In this document: one piece after another, positions 1-11,137 of the stretch
Layout of the letters: the number at the start of each line of letters is the position of its first letter
How positions within the stretch are numbered: the first letter of the stretch is position 1
Assembly (NCBI GenBank): GCA_001643675.2
Contig: LSRY02000002.1
Coordinates: 558,001-622,000 of the forward strand
Direction of reading: 5' to 3'
Length of the DNA stretch: 64,000 nucleotides
From: Monocercomonoides exilis PA203
Lineage: Eukaryota; Protista; Preaxostyla
Notes under the pieces: model-generated
Told to the model about the DNA's origin: nothing
Seen by the model: only the letters and a program-made list of their open reading frames with translations
Databases searched by the model: none
Program-made: the position numbers and the translations under genes

Positions 1-2279
1 ACGCGATGAGGTGCGGCACGGCTGGGCCGATCTGCTCCTTGCCCATGTTCATCAGCATGTAGAACGCATCGATCACACCAGAAACCTCTTCGTTGCTGAA
101 CATGTCAGCGTCCATTGCGGTGAGCACTCCCAAAATCTCCATCACTCTCCGAGATATCAGCTCCTTCTTCACATTACGGCACAAGACTGTCAGCGATTTG
201 GCTGCAGTGATTCTAACAAGAGGTGGAATTTCTGGTGAAGAGGAGGAGGAAGAAGGAGGTGCAATAGAACTTTGAGGTGTTGAAATGGATTGTGAAGAAT
301 GTGTAGTGTTATTTTTGAGGAAGTTGAGGCAAAGAGTAATTAGAGATTCGTTGTTAGCATCATCGATCAATGAAGATATCTTAGACATGCATTTAATCAT
401 CTGAGCACACAGGAACGGGACGCCATTGACAGGATGTATGATGTCTGGAGAAAAATCGATAAACACTTGCAAATATCTGATTGGATTGAAGCTTGAACTG
501 GACTGCTTTCCGGCTTCAGGCATTTGAACGATGGCTCCCATTCCATACAGCATCTGCGCAGCAGCAATATCTTCTGGATCACTCATGTTGAATTCTCCTC
601 CGAAAGCATCGCTGCTTTCACCCATTTTGTGCATCACAACAATTTCTGACACGCGCAGCGCTGCTTCGTGGAGCGTCCACCAAAGTGGATGAGCTGGAGT
701 GGCTGTGCGAAGCTGCTTGCTTTCGGTGACTTTTGCCTCGCATGCCAGCAACAGCAGGTCTGATACCGTCATCGAGGTGGATTCCTGTGTGCTAGCTGCA
801 GAAATTGCATTTGAAGGAGAAGAAGAGGAAGAAGCGCCCATGTCAACTTCTTCATCTCCGATTGACTCCATCATTTTGTCAACCAGCTCAATCACAGATG
901 ATCTGGCTGAGCTGATTATCATCTCTTCATCATCAAAATAATTATCAGCATTGGCCAGCCACCGCTTCATTGAAAAGTTCGTCATCTGAGCATATTCAAT
1001 TAAAACAGGAAACATTGTATAGCACTTCACCATCAGTGAATGCATTGCATCTTTGTCCATTAGACTTGCGAAAAAGTCGAGAATTGATTGAATATATGAA
1101 TAAAGAGACTCCAGCCCTGTTGGTTCAACCGCTGTTTCTGAGAATATATACAACTGTTTGTATTTGCTAAGTTGCTCGGTTAACGCGTGTGACAACAATC
1201 CAATGATTTTTAAGAAGTCCATATTTTGTGATGCAAATTTTGGCTTGAAAATTGCAATTGTATTGCAAAGCTTGCAAAGAAAGAAGTTAAAGAAGAGTTA
1301 AATCATCAAGCAAAGCAAAAACAAAAACGTAACAGTTCAAAGTTTATATTGCATTTGTAACTAAAAAAATAGCATACTCTAACAACTTCTACTCTCAAAA
1401 GATAATTTTCATCAGTTGGGCTCGAAGAAGAAATAAATGTAAATGAAACTGAAATAACAAAATTCAAAAAATCCTTGAATTCTTTGGTGTCCTTTTGTTT
1501 CTTATCTTTCACCGTAGAGCATCCTTTAATTATTGAGCGACATATGGAAATTGCTGAAGAAAGCATTTCTTGTGTGGGTCCTTGGTTATAAGCGCCAAGA
1601 ACTTGATGCACAATCCCGACTAATGGAACAAGAAATTCATTCACTGAAAGAGCATCTGCAAGTAGATCAAGACATCTCCATGCGCCCTCACAAAGATCTT
1701 TCTTTTGAAGCGTTTGAGCAAATCCCAAAAGTGTTTGGATAAGTTCAGGCCATTTATCAGGATAATCCTTTTCAGCTATAACTCCAATTACATGACATAC
1801 AGATGACAACACTTTTTTATCTGGCATATCAATCAATTTCAGAATTGAGGAACGAACTGATGCTTTTTCAGTTTCAGATATTACAATAGTTGCCTGAATA
1901 TCATCTCCGCTCCACCAAAATTCCTGTGCAAATTGTTTAAGAAGAACTGCTGCGAGGTATAAGTTCAAAAATTCGGAAATCGAAAAAAAAAAAGAAAAGA
2001 AAAGTTGCATATCTGCTTAACGGGCCACAAAATTTGTGGAGATCCAATAATTAATACAAGTGAATTGCAATATCCTTTTTTTATAAAATAAAAATAGAGA
2101 AATGAAATTGATAAAGTTAAAATTTAAATTATATTTATTATAAAGTCACCTGGAGAAGTCTTTGCACTTTCTAATTGCTTTGTGTAATTCTGTAAATTTA
2201 CAGGATCTATATATGTTTGCGTTGCAAGCGGGGTAAGGCAATCTACCAAGGATATCTTGTTTAATGAGTCAAAACTCAT
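1..2279 (-). CDS. IPO9: Importin-9 / Kap114-like karyopherin-beta, 3' end runs off the window. Exons 2279-2150, 2074-2013, 1956-1378, 1270-<1
   Basis: Spliced translation reads MSFDSLNKISLVDCL...WPVKQ|LAAVLLKQFAQEFWW...IGVIAEKDYPDKWPELI...YAQMTNFSMKRWLANADNYFDDEE. These match the importin-9 IBN_N and HEAT motifs (RQLASVILKQYV, DWPEAWPQLF, WTANPQQFVEDED). Frame is kept across all three introns. Confidence 0.85.
1957..2012 (-). other. 56-nt spliceosomal intron with AT-AC termini (ATATGC...TTATAC)
   Basis: The only excision I found that joins VKQ to LAAVLLKQF in frame. Reading through hits TGA. Nearby GT/AG pairs either shift the frame or delete the conserved helix. Confidence 0.8.
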
Positions 2280-2526
2280 TTATTTCAATTTGTTTAATAA
2301 ATTTATTATGGGCGTAGTCAATTGTTTGTGCGGTCTTTTAAAATCCATCGGACATTTACTGGCAACTGTCAAAAAGATGTGAAGAATCTATTTTTACTGA
2401 AATTTTCAAAAACTTAATTAATCGGATATTAAAAAAACTCCTTCACCATAATATTTATTTAATTTTCCGACCGGAAGTAATTTATATTTTCAATTCGGAA
2501 CTTAAAAACATCAAACTCTAGAAGCG

Positions 2527-3386
2527 ATGACAACTTCTGTTTATACTTCTAAATTACCTCTTTACACATCCATAGATCCATATACCGCTGCTATTCCCAA
2601 ACGCCCCTTGGTTGAGTTTGCCTTTGATGATTTATTCATTTTGTAATTTTTTCAAATTTTTCGCAAATATATGCATGATTGCTTTGTATTTCCTTTTTTA
2701 TTCTTTAATATTTTAGTGATTCTATAATTGCATCTGCGAATTATCAAGATTGCATGAAGACCAATTCTTTTAAGAAAGAATCCGTTGAAGATTGTTGCAT
2801 TTCATCATCAACGAAAGTCATTGAGAAGCAGCAAACAGATGAAGAAATGCTTGTTAAAAAGTCTATTGAAACACGCGATGATAGTTTTCTTCAGCCAATT
2901 TCTGAGACAATTGTTATTCTTTTGTCAACTTCCATTAAACATTTGCTAACTGTTATACCCGATTCTGGAGAAATCGCTTTGACTCAATCTGGTGTTTTGT
3001 TGATTGAGAAAGTTAAGCATTTTTTCCATTTTGTACGGCAATATTCAAATTTGACAACCGGAGAAATAATACACATAGCAATCATGTTGACTCGACTTTT
3101 AACCCACGAAGCTGAACAGATAAGACAGGGGAAAATGACTATTGTATCTGAAGCAAATCTTGGAACACTTCTCTTATGTGCTACATTGATTGTTGTTAAG
3201 ATGGAACGCGATGTTCCTTATAGAAATAGTTGGTGGGCCAAGATGTTTGGAGTTCCACTTCACATCCTTAATCAATCAGAGATGATATTTCTGCAGAAAG
3301 TGGATTATAATTGTGATGTTTCCGTTGATGAATATTTGGACTGGTACAAAAAATTTATTCTCAACATTGACGAAGGAGTAGAATGA
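2527..3386 (+). CDS. Pho80/PCL (cyclin P/U)-family cyclin; intron 2643-2716
   Basis: Cyclin-box motif LLLCATLIVVKMERDVPYRNSWWAKMFGVPLHILNQSEMIFLQKVDYN. An upstream exon from ATG 2527 joins in frame through a GT-AG intron. Confidence 0.8.
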
Positions 3387-3802
3387 ACTTCTGAAGCTAC
3401 TGTAAATGTGAAATACTTAAATAATTCTTCTTCATTAGAATCGGCCTGTGAAGCATTGGCCATCATCCGTTTCTATTTGATAGCAGTAGATTTACACACA
3501 AATTTAATTGTTTATTTGTTATTGTACTTTGTGCGTTCTTCGTTTAGTAGTTATGAAAGAAGAATATCTACAAAGTTAAACATGTTTTATATATTAGTAT
3601 TTCCTTCATTTCATGTAATATTTTGAATTTTCAAACCAAATATTGAATATTTATAAGAATTTATTTTTTTATAAATTCAATGGAACTTTGTTGGAGAGAA
3701 ATGTTAAGGATCATTATTTCCCTTGTTCAATTAATTTTTTAATGGGCCATTGATCACTATATTTTTTGTTATCATTCCTTTGTTTTTTGATAGCAGGCTT
3801 TA

Positions 3803-5369
3803 ATGGGCCAAACCCAGACTTTTTGCACAAAAAGGCAAAAGCAAAAGCAAATTTGTGAAGATAATGTGCAAGATATCTCGAATTTGCAGGTAAATCGTTG
3901 CTTTGTCTAATTGATTGATTGTTTTTTTCATATATAAATTCTGACCACGAAAATTTGAGAATATATTCTTTCAAAGCTCTGCTTTTCAAAATAGAAATGA
4001 ATTTCTTCGAAAATTGAGATTTACCCAAAAAACTCTTTTCGGAGTGAAAGATGACTTTAGAAGAAAAAAGGTCAACGCAAAGAAAGTTGATCGATGGTTG
4101 AAGCAAATATCTCAATCTTTGTTTAACCAGCTTATGCTTTTTTTCCCCCAAGTTACGATCAAAGCGTTCATTCGAACAATTTTCCCTGATGCCGATGATT
4201 TAACACAAACAGCAAAAGTTGAACCACCAGAAATATCTACTGAAATGGAAAGGAAATGTTGCATGACTGGTTGTTGGGAATGTCAAAGATGTCATAATTG
4301 TCAAGGTTTTCTTTGCATTGTTCATCCAAAATGCAAATGTTTTGATCCATCACAGCTTCCGGAACAGAAATACTCTCATACACATTCTCTTATTGAAGCA
4401 TTAGATCTTCCTCAGGGAGCATTTAAGAAAGGTTGTAAAAATCAAAGTTTGGAGGACATTCCTAATTATCTAAATCATTCACAGAAAACTCTTGAGCCCA
4501 ATCCGTCAAATCAGCAAGATTCATTCAATGACGCGTTTTCTGGCATTCCTTGCGAGCAGAACTTGAATGCTTCGCAGCATCCATCGATGAAGAATTTCGA
4601 TTGCAACTCCTGCTGCATTTTTCAAAGTTCGTATGAGTCGTCATTGCCGATCTCCATGACCACGCCCTCAGACGATGCTGCGAACAGCATTGAGGAAGAC
4701 GCGCTGGACTTCATCCACAGAATGGTCGAAGAGCAGCTGCTGTGTGTCACGCGCTGCCTGAAGCTGCCGCCGACGATGCTGCTGCGGCTGATGGCGCTGT
4801 CGTGGCGGGCGCCAACTGGGCGGGTGCGGCAGACAGCGCTGCAGCTGTGCTACTGGATGGCCGACCGCTGCACAAGGCGCGAAATCCTGCTGATGTCGCG
4901 GCGTGGGGTGATGCTGTGTCTGTGGTGCTGTGTACTGCACGAAGTAGCTGAGGAGCCGGAGGACGGGCCGCTCTTAGAGGCCCTCCGCACCATGCTAATG
5001 GTGCTGACACAGCTGGAGGAGCCTCTTCGGATGGAGAGGAGCCAGAAGAAGGCAGAGCGGGTGGGGGAATGTTTTAGATGGAAGAGAAGCGTTAGAACAC
5101 GAAGGGGCTTTGGTGGAGTGGAGAACGGGGCGTATGAGCTGTCGTCGCTGGAAGATGAGTACGAAGAGAACACATTTGACGACTTGTCAAACAACGAAGA
5201 GAGCGAAACAGCAGAAGTGGATGACTCGCAGACTGACTGCAACACTTCACTCAACTCATTCAGCTCAGCGTCTTCTTCTTCTGCTTCGAAATTTCGATGC
5301 CAGACCCCGCCCCCACCGCCCATGCTATACTCACTTGGAAGCTATCCAGTTCCTTCTTCTTCCTCCTCT

Positions 5370-5401
<32 letters not shown>

Positions 5402-6806
5402 TTCTTCTCCATTCAAAACACCTCACTCTCCTTCCACCTTCAGCTACCCGCTTTCACACACCACCCAATCTTCCCTCTGCCCTCCCTCTATACTTGTCAA
5501 CCCTTCCTCCACTCCATCTTCACACCCTCTCCACTCGCCATCCACTTCGCACCGCCACCCCAAGCCAAACATCATCAAACAGCACTCTCTCCCTCACTCT
5601 TGCCTGGACCTCCTGCACAAGCTGCACAGCTCTGATCACAGCTCATTCGCCTCCTGCTCTTCTTCTGCTTTCCCTCCTCCTCATTCATCTTGTTCTCTTC
5701 CTCTTCGCCCTTTTACTCTTTCCTCCACTCAATCATTGGGAGGCGCTATGGCCGTCTCATCTTCAGCTCTGTCTTCAACATCTGCTCTGACTGCTTCTTC
5801 TTCTTCTTCTTCTTCTTCTTCACCATTTCCCCAAACCACAACGACGACTTCCTTCTCTTCCTTCGGCACGCTTTCTGAGTCTGTCAAAAGAGAGCCAGCA
5901 GCTTTGCCTGCGAGTCTTCTTTCAGCAGCGCCGTTTGTACAAAGACCAGCCATGCAGCCACAAAACGGGGCAATGAGCGCAATCATCAGGATGGTGCAGA
6001 ACATCCAAGAGGAGAAGAAGAAGAAGATTGAGAAGTTGCAGCAGAAGAAGAAAGAAGAGGAAGAATTGAACAGAAATGCTCGTGCGCAGAGGGAGAAGAT
6101 GATGCAGAACTACAAAATGGCACAGGCGAAGAAAGAAGAACAGCGCAAGCAAAGAGAACAGATGCTGCAGAAGAGGAAGGAAATGAGGGAGATGAATGCA
6201 AGAAGAAAATATGTTCATTCAAGTGCTGGGAAGGAGAAGGAGAGGGAGATGGAGGAGGTGAAAGTTGCAGGGTTGGTTGAGGAGGAAAAGAAGAAAGAGG
6301 AGAGGAAGGAGGAAGAGGAGGATGTGAGGCAAAGGAAACAGAACCAGAACAAGACACTTGAATGCTCTGAATCACACACAGAATCGAATGGGAAGTCAAC
6401 TGCTGTTACTACAACTGCAACTACAACTGCAACTCCTGTGCATCCAACGTGTCAGGCATTTTTCTCGCGCTTTATGGGTTCTTTGATGTGTCCTTCAACA
6501 ACTATATCGCAAACATCATCATCATCTTCTTCTTCTTCTTCTACCTCCACCTCCTCTTCTTCTTCTTCAGTTCAAAATGCTTCCACTCCCTTTTCTAAGC
6601 TTCCTTCTTCTCGTCCTCTTTTGCCTGTCAAACCAATACCTGCACAAACTCCTTTATCTTTTGACTCGATGCTTGCCAATGCAAATCTCCCAGTTCAATA
6701 ACAGCTCTCTGAGAAAGCAGAAGTCGACACGTCTTCCATCTCTTCCTCTTCCTCTTCTGCTGCTCCAATTGCTCCGGTTCCTTCTTCTTCATCTAACTCT
6801 TCCTCT

Positions 6807-6840
<34 letters not shown>

Positions 6841-8150
6841 TCTCCCCTTTTTATCATTCGCCACTTCATCATACTTCCCTCATCATCGGCTTTTCTTCTC
6901 TTTCTCAATCTCCCTTGAGTCATTCTCCTTCTCCCCTCCCTTGCAAATCACTGGCTGCGCCATTTCCTTCAAATATTCGCCAAAAACACACAAAAAGAGA
7001 ACCCTTTTGTTTGCCCTCGTTCGCACCAGCGTTTTCTCCCTTGGTGGAAAAAGTATCAAAAAAGAAAACATCAGTTTCTTCTTCTTCTTCTAATTCTTCT
7101 TCTTCTAATTCTTCTTCTTCTTCCTCCTCCTCCTCCTCTTCTTCTTCTTCTTCTTCTTCTTCTTCTTCTTCTTTCGGCTCCTCTCCCTTTTCAACCTCAC
7201 ATCTTTCTCTCTCATCCCAAAAGAAGAAGGAGGAATCCTCCACTTTCACACAAACAGCAGAGCAGCAATCAAATTTTGACAGGCTTTCGTTTTTTGCTCC
7301 TTTGCCTTTGACAACATCGCCGGTTCTTTCTTCGCCAAAGGGCTCTTTGCCAATTGATCTGTTTCCCAAGATGGCTATTGATGCATTATCACATGAGCAG
7401 TTCAAGAAGAAGGAGGTAAAAAAGGAGGAAGAGAAGGAGAAGGAAAAGAAACAAGGCAAAGAAGGAGCAGAATTAGGTGAAGCAGCAGGAGAAAGAGAAG
7501 AAGGAAAAGAAATGAAGAAGCAAAATGAAAGTGAAGTAAATGCATCCACTCCAATAATGCCACGTGTCTTTGATTTATCAAATGAAAATGACAAAATGCA
7601 AACAGTCTCCAAAATGGATGTGGAGCAAGCAGCATTTTCAAACCAGAATTCAGCTGCTTTGAACAGCTTGCATATGAAGTCGTTTTCATTCGACTCTGCC
7701 TTCGGATCATTTAACAGTTCTTCTCCTCTTCCTCATAAATCGTCTTCATCTTCATCTTCATCATTATCGTCATCGTCATCGTTAAATTCTTCTTCTTCTT
7801 CTTCTTCTCCCTCCTCTTCTTCCCAATCACTTCTCCACACACCCTCTCAATCATCCACCCATCTGCCATTCACCTCTTCTTCTTCTTCCTCTCCCTCTTC
7901 CACGCCCTCACTTCAGCCACTCCCCTCTCAAAATGACAATTCATTTGATTCTCCTCTCACTGAAGAACATCAGCAGCATCTGCAACATTCACACACGAAT
8001 CACAAGCATCGTTTTACGCGGCTCAACCGGTGGCTGCTGGAAGAAATGGAGAAAGACGGAGAAATGGACATGCTTGTGGCCTTTCAGAACCACACGTCGC
8101 TGAACGTACGCTATTTTGCTCAGTCGATTTTGAGTCACATTGAAAAATAG
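3803..8150 (+). CDS. Large Ser-rich protein with ARM/importin-alpha-like helical segments; one in-frame TAA at 6699-6701; start uncertain; intron about 3890-3959
   Basis: ORFs 4014-6701 and 6915-8150 share a frame, and 6702-6914 is open in that frame. The C-terminus EEMEKDGEMDMLVAFQNHTSLNVRYFAQSIL resembles the terminal ARM helix of importin-alpha. Confidence 0.65.
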
Positions 8151-8934
8151 AGAGAAAGGAAGGGTGAATGAATGAGTGAGTGAATGTGAGAGAGAGAGAG
8201 AGAGAGAACATTTTCTTGCTTGTGAAAATGGAAAGAAAAGAACTTGAGTGGAGAGTGGAGGGTGGAATGAATAGTGACATGGCGCCATTTTATTTTTATT
8301 TTTTCTTACAAATGTTGATTCAATTATGTGTGAATAAAAGACGATAAGTATTCTATTTTAGTTTGAATGAAAAAGTGCAAACATTTTGTAATTATTTCCT
8401 TTTTTTTTTAATATTTTCTTAATTTTATTAGAATTTGACAAAATTATAAGTTAAAGTTTATTATTCCTCATTTTCTTGATTTAAACATTCTTGTTGATTT
8501 GTAGATTATTTGCTTTTAATTGTCTTCTTCATTTTTCGAATGTTATATCAATTTTATGTTTTTTTTTTTTTGAACACAATTGTTAAATTTTTTATTTCAT
8601 TTTTAATTTTTTGTTTTGTTTTGTTATTGGTCAACTTAATAAAGTGACTGGAGTTTCTTTTTTTTATCTTTTGTTTATAACAACGAAAAAAGATATTTTT
8701 AAAGAATTTTTCTTTTTAAATTTACCGTTGTTAAATGATACAAAAATAATGAAAAAATCGAGTTTATTTTGACTGATATTGGCAAATGTCATTCCGATTT
8801 AAGATAAACTGAATCACATTCAATTCGTAACAAACATTTCCTCTTTTATCAAAAGAATCCCAAGAATATGAAGTTTTTTTAAAAATATATTTTTCCTTTT
8901 TTTTTTTTTTTTTTTTTTCTTCACAAAATAAATA

Positions 8935-9174
8935 GCATCTTTTTTTTGAAAAAATTTTTTGGTTTGATTTTAAGGTGATAACGAAAATTGAATGTTTTCA
9001 TCAAATTTTCATTCCAACTCACCTTATTTCACCAGTATGGAAATAATAACTTTGTCAAACATTTATTTACATGCTGGTGAAATTATGTGAGTTTGAATGA
9101 AATTTTGATGCAAATGTTCGATTTTCGAATTCTCCTGAAAATAAAACAAAAGGAAAATTTCAAACAAAAGATGC
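8935..9174. mobile_element. Degenerate foldback/MITE-like palindrome (arms may extend to about 8830-9300)
   Basis: Left arm gcatctttt...ttcaccagtatg pairs imperfectly with right arm catgctggtgaa...aaaagatgc around a centre near 9055. Confidence 0.7.
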
Positions 9175-9537
9175 CAATGTGAATATATCATTTCTTATTC
9201 GTGTATTTTTGAAGTGAAAAACTTGTGATGGATGTGTACGATTATTTTAGAAATAATTTTTTCTTGCGGAGTGTTGATTAATGAGATATTTTTGTCTGTG
9301 GAAAGTGGTTTTTCATTTAAAGGTTTAATGAATTGCAATCCCATTTAAACAAATGATTGATATGAAAGAAATACAAAAATGGAATAAAATATTTGTCTTC
9401 AGGCAGTTTCTTGGCAGAATTATGAACTTCAGATAAACTTTCTGTGAACAAAATATTCAACAAAATTGGTTCATTTTTCGAAATACGTTTTATGTCACAA
9501 ATCATTATGTTGTTATTTCTTTTACGTTTGTGTGAGG

Positions 9538-9795
9538 ATATGAAAATATCAAAATTTTTTTGAAAAGTTCCTTTTGTTTAATTTTCAAATAAAGAATAAT
9601 TTCATATTTTGATCAAATTTCTGTTCCCACTCACGAAAATTTTCAACAATGGAAATAAAAACGTTGTAAAGATTTTATTTTCATGGTATCGAAATTTGGT
9701 GAGCGAGAACAGAAATTTGATCGAAATATGAAATTTTTTCTTTATTTGAAAATAAAACAAAAGGAACTTTTCAAAAAATTTTTGACAAATCATAT
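9538..9795. mobile_element. Foldback/MITE-like palindrome related to the 8935-9174 element
   Basis: Near-perfect arms of about 120 bp (tttgaaaagttccttttgttt...gatcaaatttctgttc and reverse complement). Shares ttccttttgttttattttca with the preceding palindrome. Confidence 0.75.
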
Positions 9796-10011
9796 TTATT
9801 TTTTAATCTGTTTTGGTTTGATGATGTTATAAGTGAAACAATTTATTTTTTGATTTGTGCAAAAAAAGCTTGAAAGTCCATATTTTCCCCCAAATGTCTT
9901 TGACAGGCCATATCACTATTCAGTGAACACATATTATTGTTAAAAACAAAAATTTCAAATGTGTGATAATTTTTGCTACGAAGATTTTTCTGTCAAAAAT
10001 TTATGAATAAA

Positions 10012-10421
10012 TATTGTTAGTGTGAATAATGGTGGACACCACCTATAACAATGGACAATCGCATTTTCTCAACCACCATTGAAAGTTTCATTTCATTTAT
10101 AAACCCAACTATTCCTTCAATGAACATGAACTTTTTTCAATTGTTTCAATCACCTATCCAACGCAATGAAATTATATAAAAAATTATTTTCTTTTCGGAG
10201 AAACAAGACGAACCTTATTTCTCCGAGTTTCTTCGAAATTTAAAAAATGCATCTTTCTTTATTTTTTGGAGTAAGTTGTTTCATTTTCGCATGACTTATA
10301 AGTTTGCATTCAATAAGGGAATAGTTTGGTTAATTGTCAAAAAGCAACTATCAACAGTTGTTGAGATAATGCGACTGTCCACAGTTAATGAAAGTGTCCA
10401 TCATTATAAACACTAATTATA
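10012..10421. mobile_element. MITE family A, older copy, inverted relative to 43614-44023
   Basis: TIRs gttagtgtgaataatggtggaca / tgtccatcattataaacactaa with TA flanks. Same 410-bp span as the 43.6-kb copy, with reverse-complemented interior. Confidence 0.85.
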
Positions 10422-11137
10422 TGGGTGATTATTTTTGAAATCATTGCATTTTTTTAGGGGTGTATTTTTTCTAAGGTTGTTTGTCTTTGAACAGAGATTT
10501 TGAATTCAAATGCTTTAATTATCACAACTGTTTCAAAAACAAATACATGATCTGAAATAAAGATGAAGATTTTTTCAATTGATATTTTCACTTCTCAGTG
10601 TTTTTTTTGTTAGAATTCTAAAAAAAAATTACGAACCGAATTTTAAAAATGAAAAAATATCATTTCAGAAATTTTCACCCATAAAATTTCAAAAACAACC
10701 TCCAATTTTTTGACTTATTCAACTTCAAGTCATCAAAACTCTTTTCAACATAATTATTCAAAAAGTGATGTTATGATGTGAAACTTAAAGAATATAATAA
10801 CAAACATTGAATGTGTGCTCATAAATTTGAAAAAAATGAACTAATATCAATGTTTGTGAAAATGTTATTTTGACTTTGAAGAAAAAGTGGAGGAGTTCCA
10901 CAAATGAGCAAAAAAAATAACTTATTTTGCATATTTATAATCATGTAAGTTCAGAGAAATGGTAATAGAATTTTTTTAATTGAAACAGTGATTAACGCCT
11001 CCAGTTAGAAGTGTGTAAAAGGAAGTTAAAAATAAAATATGAATCAGAAAAATGTGGAAGAAGTTCAAACTAGGAGCTTGTATAACAATTCAAGCTTTGA
11101 AATAAAAATCAATTAAAAACAACTAAACATTCTTAAC

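Noticed and set aside
2070-2079. Perfect U12 donor-like ATATCCTTTT near the AT-AC intron
   Set aside because: It is on the antisense strand and is simply the complement of the intron 1 acceptor/exon 2 junction.
6699-6701. Genome-wide TAR-to-Gln reassignment
   Set aside because: MED7, RPL13a, RasGEF and others end at TAA/TAG, and the very long ORFs contain no other in-frame TAR.
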